DNA of 64,000 bases from an uncultured Gemmatimonadales bacterium (GCA_963828735.1 CAWHFW010000005.1:2560001-2624000); one strand, 5' to 3'; counted from the stretch's first letter, positions 29,889 through 40,787 are shown. Program-made: numbers and translations. Notes: generated by a model from the sequence alone, not told the origin.

Positions 29889-30362
29889 CTAGGCGGGGGC
29901 CAGGAGGCCCCGGCGAGTCAGGAGCGCGACGGGGATGCCGATCAGGACCGCGTGCACGACGATGCTAAGCGCCACCCAGAGTGGGTCCTTGGCGCCGCCG
30001 TGGGCAGCCGCCGAGAGCGGCACGACGATGTAATTCATGATCACATAGAGAAGCAGGCCGTAGGCGGCGCCGCAGATGACCGGGCGGTCCCGAAGGAGCG
30101 GTCGACGCCTGGCCGCGAGGTAGTAGGTGACCGACATGCTGGTCGCGATGAAGAAGTGGAGCGCGAGTCCCAGCACCGCGGTTGGCCACCCGCCCTTGAA
30201 GCTGGCGCCGCCGAGCAGGCCCGCGGCCACCGACTGAAAGATCCGCTGCGCGGGTACTCCCGCCTTGAGTGCCCAGAAGACGCAGGCGTAGGTGATGTCG
30301 AGAGCGCCGGCGGCCAGCCCTCCCGCGAGCGCGTACCGCATGGGCCTGGGTGAAGCGTTCAC
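29889..30362 (-). CDS. Hypothetical membrane protein
   Basis: GGLAAGALDI..IFQSVAAGLLG..LGLALHFFIA..MNYIVVPLS; 4 TM segments; start uncertain. Confidence 0.75.
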   Translation of the reverse strand: MNASPRPMRYALAGGLAAGALDITYACVFWALKAGVPAQRIFQSVAAGLLGGASFKGGWPTAVLGLALHFFIATSMSVTYYLAARRRPLLRDRPVICGAAYGLLLYVIMNYIVVPLSAAAHGGAKDPLWVALSIVVHAVLIGIPVALLTRRGLLAPA

Positions 30363-30612
30363 GAGCGCTCCGGTGGAGGTGTCGCCGCAGAGGACGTCGT
30401 CCGCGGTGCCACCTACACGGCCGAACCCCGCGACGACCGTGGCCGCGGCGGTGATTCGGCGCACACCGATTCCCCCGGGGATGCCCTGGAGGCCGGCGCG
30501 GCGGCGCGGCTAGATTAGGCAAGCCAGTGTTCACCGCGGTTCACTCCCCACCGCCCCACCCGGTCTCCGGGCGCGGCCAAGATCTGCAAGTGCCCGTCTG
30601 ACCTCGCTTCGT

Positions 30613-33600
30613 GTGTCTCGCTTGTTGGCCACAACCGCCACGACTCCCGAGGATCTGCTCGCGGGTCCGATTCGTGGCGAGCTCCTCGGTGCCGAGCACC
30701 TCGCGGAGCGCGCCCGGCTCCTCGCGCGCTCCCAGCGCGTGGCGGCCAAACCCACGCGGCGGCGGGCGCGCCTCCTGGTGCGGCTGGACGAGACCCGCGC
30801 CATCATCGACCAGGCCCACGAGCAACTGGCCGGGGCCGCGGACCGGGAGGTCAACGTCAGCCCGGCCGGCGACTGGCTGCTCGACAACCTCCACGTCGTG
30901 CAGGAGCACATCCGGGAGGTCCGCGACAGCCTGCCCCGGGGGTACTACCGGGAGCTGCCGGAGCTGGCGAGCGGCGCCTTGGCGGGCTATCCCCGCGTCT
31001 ACGAGATCGCGATCACGTTGATCTCGCACACCGAGGCGCGGATCGAGCTCGAGAGCGTCGACCTCTTCCTCGGTGCGTTCCAGCAGGTACGGCCGCTACT
31101 CATCGGCGAGCTCTGGGCCATCCCGGCGATGCTGCGGCTCGGTCTGATCGAGAGCGTCCGCCGGATGGCGCTGCGCACGGTAGGTCGGCTCGACGAGCTC
31201 CAGACCGCGGACAGGTGGGCCGCGCTCCTCTCCGACCTCGGCGACCGGACCGCCGAGGCCACCGCGGCGCTTCACGATTTCGTCAGCGACCCGCCGCCCC
31301 TCACGCCGACCTTCGTCTCCCGGCTGCTCACGCAGCTCCGCGCGGCGAGCGGCGCGTACCCGCCGCTGATCCGGCTCGAAGACTGGATCGCCGAACAGGG
31401 GATGCACGCCGAAGAAGCGGCGGCGCGCGCCAACGAGCGAGTCGCGCTGACGCAGCTCACGATGGCCAACAGCATCACCAGTCTCCGCGGGATCGCCCGC
31501 ATGGACTGGGAAGCCTTCGTCGAGCGGCAGAGCACGATGGAGGCGGTCCTCCGGCGAGACCCGGCCGGTGTCTACGAGGGGATGACGTTCGACACGCGGG
31601 ACCAGTATCGCCACGTGGTCGAGCGCATCGCCAAGCGCTGTGCCAAGGACGAGCCATCGGTGGCGCAGGTCGCCATCGACCGCGCGCTGGCCGCGCCCAC
31701 CAACGGGGCGGGGGAGGCGGACCGGCGACGGCACGTCGGCTACTACCTCGTGGACGACGGCCTGACCGAGCTGGAACGGCTGTGCGAGTTCCGGCCGCCC
31801 GCGGGCCTCAGGCTGTACCGCTGGGCACTGCGCCACCCGAACGTCGTCTTCGTGGGCGGGGTTCTCGCGGGCACCGTCGCGGCGATCCTCGCCGTCCTCT
31901 GGCTTGCGGGGCCGGACGCGCGGGCGGTCTGGCCGGTCGTGCTCCTGTTCGCGCTCATCCCGGCGAACGACATCGGCGTGAGCGCGATGAACCAGCTGAT
32001 CACGGCCTTCCTGCCGCCCCACCGCCTGGCCAAGCTCGATCTGGTGCGGCACGGCGGGGTCCCCGAGGGACTCCGGACGGTGGTCGTGGTCCCGACCCTG
32101 TTCGGGAGCGTCGAGGCCGTGCGCGAGGCGCTCGAGCACCTCGAGGTGCAGTACCTGGCCAACCGGGAAGCCCACCTGCAGTTCGCGATTCTCAGCGACT
32201 TCACCGACGCACCCACCGAGACGCGCGACGGCGACGCGGCGGTCCTCGGGGCCGCGGAGGAAGGCGTGCGCACGCTGAACGCGCAATACGCCACTGGTGG
32301 CGAAGACCCGTTCTATCTCTTCCACCGGCCGCGGCGATGGAATCCGAGCCAGGGTGTGTGGATGGGCTGGGAGCGGAAGCGTGGCAAGCTCGCCGAATTC
32401 AACCGCTTTCTCCGCGGCGGCGACGCGGGCCCGTTCTCGAGCATCGTTGGCGACCCGGCGCCGCTCCGCGGAGCGCGCTACGTCATCACCCTCGACGCCG
32501 ACACGCTGCTGCCGCCGGACACCGCGGTGCTCCTGATCGGCGCGCTCGCCCATCCGCTCAACCGCGCCGTGTACGACTCCGACCGCGGCCGAGTGGTCCG
32601 AGGCTACGGGATCCTCCAGCCGCGGGTCGGCGTCTCGCTGCCGAGCGCGCACCGCTCGCAGTTCGCCGCGGTGCACTCCGGCCATCCGGGGGTGGACCCC
32701 TACACCACCGCCGTGTCCGATGTGTATCAGGACCTGTACGGCGAGGGCAGCTTTACCGGGAAGGGCATCTACGACGTGGATGCCTTCGAGCGCGCGACGC
32801 ACGGTCGGTTCCCCGAGAACACGCTGCTCTCCCACGACCTGATCGAGGGCAACTATGCGCGAGCCGGCCTCGCCAGCGACATCGTGGTCTACGATGACTA
32901 CCCGGCCCGCTATCTCACTTTCACCCGGCGGAAGCACCGCTGGATCCGCGGCGACTGGCAGCTGCTGCGGTGGCTCACCAACCGCGTCCCCGGTCCCGAC
33001 GGCCCCGAGCCGAACCGGCTGTCGCTCCTCTCGCGGTGGAAGATCCTGGACAACCTGCGGCGGAGCACCGTCGAGCTGGCGCAGCTGGCGTTCCTGATCG
33101 CCGGATGGACGTTCCTCCCGGGCGGTCCGCTCCGCTGGACGCTGCTCGGCCTCGGCGCGATCGCCGCGCCCCACGTGGTCGCGCTGCTGCTCGCGATGCT
33201 CCAGCCGCCGATGGACAAGTCCTGGCGCGCGTACTACGCGGCCGTGGCCCACGATGCCGCGACCAGCCTCCAGCAGATGGCGCTGGCAATCACCTTCCTG
33301 CCTCACCAGGCCTGGGTCTCGGCGGACGCGATCCTGCGGACGCTCTGGCGGCTGTTGGTCTCCCATCGCCAGCTCCTCGAGTGGCAGACCGCGTCGCAGA
33401 CCGAGCGCCTCGTCTCGGCCGGCGCCGGCGCCGCGTGGCGCACGATGTGGCCCGCGGTCGCCTTGCCGCTCGTCCTCCTGGCCGCGGCCGCCGCGGTGGC
33501 GGCGGTCGGAGGCCACGGGGTGGACCTCTCGCCGCTGATGGGCGCCGCCGCGCCGCTCGTGCTGCTGTGGTCGGTCTCGCCGTCGATCGCCTATGCGATC

Positions 33601-36600
33601 AGCAGCCCGGCCGTGCGACGCGAGCGCCGCCTGCCCGCCTCGAGCCGGACGGCGGCCATGCGCTACGCGCTGCTCCACTGGCGCTACTTCGACCGGTTCG
33701 TCACCGAGGAGACCCACTGGCTCGCACCGGACAACTTCCAGGAGGATCCAGTTCCCGTGGTGGCGATGCGCACGTCACCCACCAACATCGGCCTCCAGCT
33801 GCTCGCGACGGTCAGCGCTCACGACCTCGGATTCATCACGGCGGAGGACATGACCGCTCGTCTCGAGCGGGCGTTCGCGGCGCTCGAGCGGATGCGACGC
33901 TTTCGCGGCCACTGGTACAACTGGTACGACCTGCGGGATCTGCAGGTGCTGGAGCCGGCCTACATCTCGACCGTGGACAGCGGCAACCTCGCGGGTCACT
34001 TCATCGCGCTGCGCCAGGCCTGTCTCGGCATCGCCGATGAGCCCGTCTTCGACGGGCGGACCTGGCGGGCGCTTCGGACGAGCATACTCCTGGCGCAGGA
34101 AGGGCTCCGGCACGCCCGCGAGAGCAGCGCCGAGGCCTCCCGCGCGCTGCTGGCAGCGGAGTCGGCGCTCCAGGAGGCGGCGACGGCGCTGAGCCCGGCG
34201 GACACGCAGGCGCCGGGCGCTGTGCTGCAGACTGTCGGCCCCGCGCTCGAGCGAGCGTGGGCCGCCCTCGCCGCCGTACCGCCGCCGACCGACGGGACGG
34301 AGCCGATGGGCGTGTGGATCGAATGGTCGCTGGGCCTCGTGCGGGAACAGGAGGCGCGGCTCTCGGGCCTCTCGCTCGTGCCAACGTCCGGTCGGGAATC
34401 GCGTCCGGTCTCCAGGTCGGAAACGTGGCGCACCGTCGCGGGGCGGTCGAGCGCCGCGGCCGATGTCCTCTCCCGCCTCGAGGTCCTGGCCGATCGCGCG
34501 GCGGCCTACATGCATGCCATGGACTTCGGATTTCTGTACGACAAGGGTCGCAGCCTGTTCGCGATCGGGTATCAGGCCGGCTCGCCCATGCTCGACGGCT
34601 CACACTACGACCTGCTGGCGTCCGAGGCGCGGCTGGCGAGCTACCTCGCGGTGGCGCGGAATCAGGTTCCAGTCGAGCACTGGTTCCGGCTTGGTCGCAC
34701 GCTCACCCGCGCGGCCGGGGCCACCGCCCTGGTCTCCTGGAGCGGGAGCATGTTCGAGTACCTGATGCCGACCCTGGTGATGCGATCCTTTCCGTACACC
34801 GTGCTGGACGAGACGTTCGAAGGAGCGGTACAGCGCCAGATCGCGTATGCGAGCGACCGGCGGGTGCCCTGGGGGATCAGCGAGAGCGCCTACAACCTGC
34901 GGGACCGCTACCAGACCTACCAGTATCGCGCGTTCGGCGTCCCGGACCTCGCGCTCAAGCGCGGGCTGGGCCGCGACCTGGTGATCGCGCCGTACGCCTC
35001 GGCGCTGGCGGCGATGATCTCGCCCCAGCGGGCGATCGCCAACCTGCTCGTGCTCGAGAAGCTTGGCGCGCTGGGCCGCTACGGCTTCCACGAAGCGATG
35101 GACTACACCAGGCCAGACCCCGGCCGCCCGTTCGGCCTGGTGCGCGCGTACATGGCTCACCACGTCGGGATGAGCCTCGTCGCGCTGTGCAACGCGCTCG
35201 CCGCGCAGCTCTGGCAGCGCCGGTTCCACACCGACTCGATGGTGCGTTCCGTCGAGCTCCTGCTTCACGAGCGCGCGCCGCGCCGGCTCGAGCTCCAGGA
35301 GCCGCAGGTCAGCCGGGCCGACGAGGCGCTGCCCGACCCGGAGCTCGAGCGGCCCGTCGTGCGCGAGGTGACAAGTCCCAACACCCCGACGCCGCACGTC
35401 GCGCTGCTCGGCCACCTGCCGTACACGGTGATGGTGAGTCACTGTGGCGGGGGCTACAGCCGGTTCGAGGACCTGGCGGTCACCCGGTGGCGCGCCGATG
35501 CGACGCGCGACCACACGGGTCAATTCTGCTACGTGCGGGACGTCACCGAAGGACGCGTCTGGTCCACCACCTATCAGCCGGCCTGCGCGGAGCCCGACCG
35601 CTATCGTGCCTTCCTCGCGACCGACCGGGTCACGGTCCATCGGGTGGACGGCGCGATCGAGACCCGGACCGAGATCGCCGTGGTACCCGCGGACGCGGCG
35701 GAAGTCCGGCGGGTGACGGTCACGAACACCGGACATACGGCGCGCGAGATCGAGCTCACCAGCTACGGTGAGATCGTGCTCGCGCCGCCGGACGCCGACC
35801 GGGCCCATCCGGCGTTCGGCAACCTGTTCGTCCAGACGGAATACCACGACTGGTGCACCGCCATCACCGCGACCCGCCGCCCGCGCTCGGCGGAGGAGAG
35901 CCCGCCCTGGTGCGTCCACGTGGTGGATGACGGACGGGAGCGCGTCGGGTCCGTCACCTGCGAGACCGACCGAGCCCGCTTCATCGGCCGCGGGCGCACA
36001 TGCCGGGATCCGGTCGCGCAGGACGCGGCGACTCCGCTGTCCGGGACGACCGGCGCCGTGCTCGATCCGATCTTCGCGCTCCGCACGCGCCTGCGTCTCG
36101 AGCCGCGCCAGTCCGCATCGGTGGCGTTCACGACGTTGGTGGCCTCGACGCGTGAGCGTGCGTTCGAGCTGGCCGACCGGTACCATCATCCGCGGGCGGC
36201 CCAGCGGGCGCTCGATCTCGCCTGGACTTCGGCGCAGGTCGAGCTCCGCGAGCTGAACGTCTCGCCGGGGGATGCCGGCGTGTTCCAGGAGCTCGCCGGC
36301 CATCTGTTCTACTCGAACGCCCTGCTCCGGCCCCCGCAGGAGGAGTTGCGCCGGAACCGGGGCTCGCAGCCCCTGCTCTGGACCATGGGCGTCTCGGGTG
36401 ACTGGCCCATTCTCCTCGCCACGATCGATTCGGCGGAGGGATTGCCGACGCTCCGGCAGTTGCTCGCGGCCCACCACTACTGGCGCCGACGTGGCATGAT
36501 GGTGGACCTCATCGTGCTCAACATGCGCCCGACGAGCTATTTCCAGGAGCTCGAGCAGCGCATCATGGCCGCCATTCAGGCGTCGCACGCCGGCGGGATG

Positions 36601-39339
36601 ATCGACCGTCCGGGGGGCGTGTTCGCGCGGCGGCGGGACCTGCTCGCACCGGAGGTCATCGCGATGCTCCGCGCGACCGCGCGCGTGCACCTCGAGTGCG
36701 ATGGGCGCGCGCTGGGTCGCGTCCTGGTGACGGCGGCCGCCCGCGATGACGTGGTGACGGAAGACCTGGCCTCGCTGCCGGCGCCGACGCGCACCACTCA
36801 CCGGGCCGGACCCCTCGGTCTGCTGCGCGTGCTGAGCGTGGGCGCCCTGGAGACGGCGAAAAGCGCGCTCGGCGGCTCGGCCACGATTCCGATGCCGACC
36901 TCGTCCCACCCGCCCATGGGTGACGGGGCGCCACCCCCCGGCGACAGGCCCGCGAACGGGTTCGGGAGCCTCACCCCGACCGGCGACTACACGGTGCTGG
37001 TCGACGGGGATCGCGTGCCGCCGCTACCCTGGGCCAACGTCGTCGCCAACCCGCACGGCGGGTTCCTGATCACGGAGCGGGGTGCGGGATTCGCGTGGGC
37101 CGGCAGCAGCTACTTCTATCGGCTCACGCCATGGCACAACGACCCCGTGACCGACCCGCCGAGCGAGGTGCTGTATCTGCGGGACGAGGAGAGCGGCGGT
37201 GTCTGGTGCCCGACGCCCGCGCCCGTCCGCGCGGCCGGTGCCTACGAGGTGCGGCACGGCGCCGGCTCGACCACCTTCGGGCATCAGCGCGATGGCATCG
37301 AGACGACGCTCACCGTGGGGCTTGCCGAAGACGCCCCGGTCAAGCTGTCCACGCTCCGCCTCACCAACCACGGGGCCGGGCCACGCCGGTTCTCGCTCAC
37401 GGCGTTCGTCGAGTGGACCCTGGGCGCGCAGCGCGAGCATACCCAGCATCAGGTGCACACCAGCTTCGACGCCGCTCGCCGCGCGATCCTCGCGCGCAAC
37501 ACGTTCGACGCTCAGTTCGCCGGTACGGTCGCGTTCTGCGCGCTGAGCGAGCCGATCGTGGACTACACGGCGGACCGGCGCGAATTCCTCGGGCGTAACG
37601 GGACGCTGGCGGCGCCCGCCTCGCTGGCGGTGCCGCTCACGGGCTCGACCGGCGCCGCGCTCGATCCGTGTGCCGCGCTCCGGTGTCTCATCTCGCTCGC
37701 GCCGGGCGAATCGCGGGAGGTTGTCTTCGCGCTCGGCGCGGCCGAGGGCGAGGACGCGGCGCGCGGGTTGCTCGACCGGCTCACCGATCCGGCCCGCGCG
37801 CGGGCCGCGTGCGAGCAGAACGTCGCCGGGTGGCACGAGCGTCTCTCGACGATCACCGTACGGACGCCCGAGCCGTCCTTCGACGCCATGATCAACCGCT
37901 GGCTCCTGTACCAGTCGCTGGGCTGCCGGATGTGGGCGCGGTCGGCCCTGTACCAGAGCAGCGGCGCGTACGGCTTCCGCGACCAGCTGCAGGACGTCAT
38001 GGCGCTGGTCTACGCCGAGCCCGCGATCGCCCGCGAGCACATCCTCCGGGCGGCCGGCCGCCAGTTCGTCGAGGGCGACGTCCAGCACTGGTGGCATCCT
38101 CCCGCCGGCCGCGGCGTGCGCACGAAGTTCTCCGACGACATGGCGTGGCTGCCGTACGTCGTCGATCACTACATCCTCGTCACGGGCGACGCCTCGGTGC
38201 TCGATGAGACGGCGGCCTTCCTCACCATGCGCCAGCTGGAGCCGCACGAGCACGAGGTCTACGATCTACCGAGCGTCTCCGACCAGCTCGGCTCGGTCTA
38301 CGAGCACTGCCTGCGAGCGCTGCGGCGGGCCTGCACCACCGGCGCGCACGGGCTGCCACTCATCGGCATCGGCGACTGGAACGATGGCATGAGCCGGGTG
38401 GGCGTCGAGGGCCGGGGTGAGAGCGTGTGGCTGGCCTGGTTCCTCATCGCCACGCTCCGCGGGTTCGCCGCTCACGTGGAGCGCCGGGGCGACGTGGTCG
38501 TGGCCGCGGACTTCCGGCGCCGCGCGGACGCCTATGCGGCCGCGGCCGAGACCGCGGGCTGGGACGGCGAGTGGTATCGGAGAGCCTACTTCGACGACGG
38601 CACGCCGCTCGGCTCCGCGATGAGCGACGAGTGCCGGATCGATTCGATTGCCCAATCCTGGAGCGTCATCTCGGAGGCGGGCGATCCGGTCCATCGGGAG
38701 CAAGCCATGGGGTCGCTCGAGCGGCAGCTCGTGCGCGATGACGATCGCATCCTTCCGCTGCTCACCCCGCCGTTCGACAAGACGCCCAAGGACCCGGGGT
38801 ACATCAAGGGCTATCTGCCGGGTGTGCGTGAGAATGGCGCCCAGTATACCCACGCCGCTCTCTGGGCCGTGCTCGCTACCGCCATGCGGGGCAACGGCGA
38901 CCGGGCCTTCGAACTGTTCCAGATGATCAACCCGCTCACCCGCACGCGGACGCCCGAGGAGGTGGCCGTGTACCAGCTCGAGCCGTACGTGGTCGCGGCG
39001 GACGTGTACACCGCGGCGGGGCACGTCGGCCGAGGGGGGTGGAGCTGGTACACGGGCTCGGCGAGCTGGATGTACCGCGTCGGACTGGAGGCGATCCTCG
39101 GCTTTGCCAAGCGGGGGGAGACGATCGGCGTGGATCCCCGGGTGCCGGAGGACTGGGGCGAATTCGCGGTCACATACCGGTACCGCACGAGCGTCTACGA
39201 AATCGTCGTCGAGCAGCCGCACCGCGCACGGCGGGGGAATCAGGAGGTATCACTCGATGGGCGGACGCTCGACACGGAGACGATCGCCCTGACGGACGAC
39301 GGGCAGACGCATCGAGTGGTGGTGCGGCCAAAGGGTTGA
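30613..39339 (+). CDS. cgs: Cyclic beta-1,2-glucan synthase (GT84 plus C-terminal GH94 phosphorylase)
   Basis: 2908 aa; WLLDN, YYRELP, GWERKRGKL, ITLDADT, GEGSFTGKGIYD, LLSHDL, RWIRGDWQ, PDNFQE, SWSGSMFEYLM, YQSSGAYGFRDQLQD, GDWNDGM, ENGAQYTH (Cgs/NdvB/ChvB family). Confidence 0.95.
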   Translation: MSRLLATTATTPEDLLAGPIRGELLGAEHLAERARLLARSQRVAAKPTRRRARLLVRLDETRAIIDQAHEQLAGAADREVNVSPAGDWLLDNLHVVQEHIREVRDSLPRGYYRELPELASGALAGYPRVYEIAITLISHTEARIELESVDLFLGAFQQVRPLLIGELWAIPAMLRLGLIESVRRMALRTVGRLDELQTADRWAALLSDLGDRTAEATAALHDFVSDPPPLTPTFVSRLLTQLRAASGAYPPLIRLEDWIAEQGMHAEEAAARANERVALTQLTMANSITSLRGIARMDWEAFVERQSTMEAVLRRDPAGVYEGMTFDTRDQYRHVVERIAKRCAKDEPSVAQVAIDRALAAPTNGAGEADRRRHVGYYLVDDGLTELERLCEFRPPAGLRLYRWALRHPNVVFVGGVLAGTVAAILAVLWLAGPDARAVWPVVLLFALIPANDIGVSAMNQLITAFLPPHRLAKLDLVRHGGVPEGLRTVVVVPTLFGSVEAVREALEHLEVQYLANREAHLQFAILSDFTDAPTETRDGDAAVLGAAEEGVRTLNAQYATGGEDPFYLFHRPRRWNPSQGVWMGWERKRGKLAEFNRFLRGGDAGPFSSIVGDPAPLRGARYVITLDADTLLPPDTAVLLIGALAHPLNRAVYDSDRGRVVRGYGILQPRVGVSLPSAHRSQFAAVHSGHPGVDPYTTAVSDVYQDLYGEGSFTGKGIYDVDAFERATHGRFPENTLLSHDLIEGNYARAGLASDIVVYDDYPARYLTFTRRKHRWIRGDWQLLRWLTNRVPGPDGPEPNRLSLLSRWKILDNLRRSTVELAQLAFLIAGWTFLPGGPLRWTLLGLGAIAAPHVVALLLAMLQPPMDKSWRAYYAAVAHDAATSLQQMALAITFLPHQAWVSADAILRTLWRLLVSHRQLLEWQTASQTERLVSAGAGAAWRTMWPAVALPLVLLAAAAAVAAVGGHGVDLSPLMGAAAPLVLLWSVSPSIAYAISSPAVRRERRLPASSRTAAMRYALLHWRYFDRFVTEETHWLAPDNFQEDPVPVVAMRTSPTNIGLQLLATVSAHDLGFITAEDMTARLERAFAALERMRRFRGHWYNWYDLRDLQVLEPAYISTVDSGNLAGHFIALRQACLGIADEPVFDGRTWRALRTSILLAQEGLRHARESSAEASRALLAAESALQEAATALSPADTQAPGAVLQTVGPALERAWAALAAVPPPTDGTEPMGVWIEWSLGLVREQEARLSGLSLVPTSGRESRPVSRSETWRTVAGRSSAAADVLSRLEVLADRAAAYMHAMDFGFLYDKGRSLFAIGYQAGSPMLDGSHYDLLASEARLASYLAVARNQVPVEHWFRLGRTLTRAAGATALVSWSGSMFEYLMPTLVMRSFPYTVLDETFEGAVQRQIAYASDRRVPWGISESAYNLRDRYQTYQYRAFGVPDLALKRGLGRDLVIAPYASALAAMISPQRAIANLLVLEKLGALGRYGFHEAMDYTRPDPGRPFGLVRAYMAHHVGMSLVALCNALAAQLWQRRFHTDSMVRSVELLLHERAPRRLELQEPQVSRADEALPDPELERPVVREVTSPNTPTPHVALLGHLPYTVMVSHCGGGYSRFEDLAVTRWRADATRDHTGQFCYVRDVTEGRVWSTTYQPACAEPDRYRAFLATDRVTVHRVDGAIETRTEIAVVPADAAEVRRVTVTNTGHTAREIELTSYGEIVLAPPDADRAHPAFGNLFVQTEYHDWCTAITATRRPRSAEESPPWCVHVVDDGRERVGSVTCETDRARFIGRGRTCRDPVAQDAATPLSGTTGAVLDPIFALRTRLRLEPRQSASVAFTTLVASTRERAFELADRYHHPRAAQRALDLAWTSAQVELRELNVSPGDAGVFQELAGHLFYSNALLRPPQEELRRNRGSQPLLWTMGVSGDWPILLATIDSAEGLPTLRQLLAAHHYWRRRGMMVDLIVLNMRPTSYFQELEQRIMAAIQASHAGGMIDRPGGVFARRRDLLAPEVIAMLRATARVHLECDGRALGRVLVTAAARDDVVTEDLASLPAPTRTTHRAGPLGLLRVLSVGALETAKSALGGSATIPMPTSSHPPMGDGAPPPGDRPANGFGSLTPTGDYTVLVDGDRVPPLPWANVVANPHGGFLITERGAGFAWAGSSYFYRLTPWHNDPVTDPPSEVLYLRDEESGGVWCPTPAPVRAAGAYEVRHGAGSTTFGHQRDGIETTLTVGLAEDAPVKLSTLRLTNHGAGPRRFSLTAFVEWTLGAQREHTQHQVHTSFDAARRAILARNTFDAQFAGTVAFCALSEPIVDYTADRREFLGRNGTLAAPASLAVPLTGSTGAALDPCAALRCLISLAPGESREVVFALGAAEGEDAARGLLDRLTDPARARAACEQNVAGWHERLSTITVRTPEPSFDAMINRWLLYQSLGCRMWARSALYQSSGAYGFRDQLQDVMALVYAEPAIAREHILRAAGRQFVEGDVQHWWHPPAGRGVRTKFSDDMAWLPYVVDHYILVTGDASVLDETAAFLTMRQLEPHEHEVYDLPSVSDQLGSVYEHCLRALRRACTTGAHGLPLIGIGDWNDGMSRVGVEGRGESVWLAWFLIATLRGFAAHVERRGDVVVAADFRRRADAYAAAAETAGWDGEWYRRAYFDDGTPLGSAMSDECRIDSIAQSWSVISEAGDPVHREQAMGSLERQLVRDDDRILPLLTPPFDKTPKDPGYIKGYLPGVRENGAQYTHAALWAVLATAMRGNGDRAFELFQMINPLTRTRTPEEVAVYQLEPYVVAADVYTAAGHVGRGGWSWYTGSASWMYRVGLEAILGFAKRGETIGVDPRVPEDWGEFAVTYRYRTSVYEIVVEQPHRARRGNQEVSLDGRTLDTETIALTDDGQTHRVVVRPKG

Positions 39340-39393
39340 CCGGCCCCCCGCGAGCCCCGTCCACGATCCGTTCGATCCGCTGTAGACTTCGGA

Positions 39394-39897
39394 ATGCCCA
39401 CGCTCGCTCCGCTCGTGCTGGTCCTCGCATCGGTCGCCGGCCTGCTCCTCATCCCGTTCGGCCTGCCGGGCCTTTGGGTCATTGTCCTCGGCATCATCGG
39501 GTACGGGTGGCTCACCGACTTCGCCAACGTGAGCGGGGTCCTCATCGCTGCGGCCATCGGCCTCGCCTCGCTCGGCGAGATCGTGGAGGCCTGGATCGGC
39601 TTCGGGTTCGCCAAGCGGTACGGCGGCTCCAACCGTGCAGGCTGGGGCGCGCTGGTCGGCGGGTTGACCGGCGCCGTCGTCGGCGTGCCGGTGCCGGTCA
39701 TCGGCTCGGTGATCGGCGGCTTCGTCGGCGCGTTCGTGGGAGCCGCCCTGTTCGAGTACACCAGGGCGCGCCGTTCGGACGTCGCTGCGAGAGCAGGGTG
39801 GGGCGCGGTGCTCGGCCGCGCGGCCGCGGCTGCCGTGAAGATGGCGATCGGCATCGTGCTGAGCGTGGCGGCGCTGTGGATCGCCCTCAGGGGCTGA
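39394..39897 (+). CDS. DUF456-family membrane protein
   Basis: IPFGLPG..AKRYGGS..GALVG..PVIGSVIGGFVGA..E..GRAAAAAVK. Confidence 0.8.
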   Translation: MPTLAPLVLVLASVAGLLLIPFGLPGLWVIVLGIIGYGWLTDFANVSGVLIAAAIGLASLGEIVEAWIGFGFAKRYGGSNRAGWGALVGGLTGAVVGVPVPVIGSVIGGFVGAFVGAALFEYTRARRSDVAARAGWGAVLGRAAAAAVKMAIGIVLSVAALWIALRG

Positions 39898-39942
39898 TCT
39901 CTACTCGAGATCGCCTCTCGCTCGACCGTGGATCGAGCCTAG

Positions 39943-40125
39943 CGCCGGCGGCCGCGATTCCTGCCGGCGTGGGCGAAGGTGTTCGGGGGGGTCCTGGGCG
40001 GCACGATGGTGCGATCGTTCCGGGTCTCCAATCGAAAGCTCAAGGCGGCCAGCGGGTGGTCGCCACAGTACGCAACGACGCTCGACGGTCTCGCGGCGAT
40101 CCTGGCCGCCGGAGGCGCCCGATGA
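39943..40125 (+). pseudogene. 3' remnant resembling the C-terminus of an NAD-dependent epimerase/atypical SDR
   Basis: Unlisted frame RPRFLPAWAKVFGGVLGGTMVRSFRVSNRKLKAASGWSPQYATTLDGL; preceded by in-frame TAG at 39940; its stop overlaps the next ATG. Confidence 0.55.
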
Positions 40126-40787
40126 CGACCCTCTCTCGTACGCAGATCGCCAGCGTGATTGCCGCGCTGGGCTTCATCGTCGTGGCCATGGTCTCCGGAT
40201 ACCGGGCGATCGGCATCCCGCCGGTGGTCATCGTCGGAGGGTCCGGCGTCGTCGGCTTCGTCATGTGGGTCCGTACCTACCTCCGGAAGCCCGTCAGTCC
40301 CGAGATCATCCTGGCGCCGTTCCTGCTCACGGTCGCGGCGCTCGAGGCGCACATGGCGGAGGAGTACCTGACCGGGTTCGGTCCCGCCATGAGCCGGCTG
40401 TTCGACATCAGCTGGACCGAGCGCTCGTTCCTGATCGTGTTCGCCTTCATCGGGCCGGTGCTCTATTCCCTCACCGCGCTGGGGCTCTACTATCGAGCAC
40501 CCCTGGCCGGCTTCCTCGCCTGGTTCATCTTCATCGGCCCCGGGGTGGCGGAGTTCACGCACTTCATCTTCCCGCTCCTTCGGCCCGCCATTGAGCCGGA
40601 CACGCCCGGCACGATCACCACCGCGGTCTCGAACGGTCGAATCGTCGCGGAGATGCGGAACTACTGGGTGCACACGACGGGGCGATACTATTTCCCCGGC
40701 TTGTACACGGCCATCCTGCCGATGGTGCCCGGCATCTGGGCGATCAGGCGACTGCTCCGGGCGCACCGACAAACAATGCAGTCTTGA
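40122..40787 (+). CDS. HXXEE-domain membrane protein
   Basis: ATG 40122 after GGAGG; AHMAEEY motif, EFTHF, YYFPGLYTA; multiple TM segments. Confidence 0.75.
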   Translation: MTTLSRTQIASVIAALGFIVVAMVSGYRAIGIPPVVIVGGSGVVGFVMWVRTYLRKPVSPEIILAPFLLTVAALEAHMAEEYLTGFGPAMSRLFDISWTERSFLIVFAFIGPVLYSLTALGLYYRAPLAGFLAWFIFIGPGVAEFTHFIFPLLRPAIEPDTPGTITTAVSNGRIVAEMRNYWVHTTGRYYFPGLYTAILPMVPGIWAIRRLLRAHRQTMQS

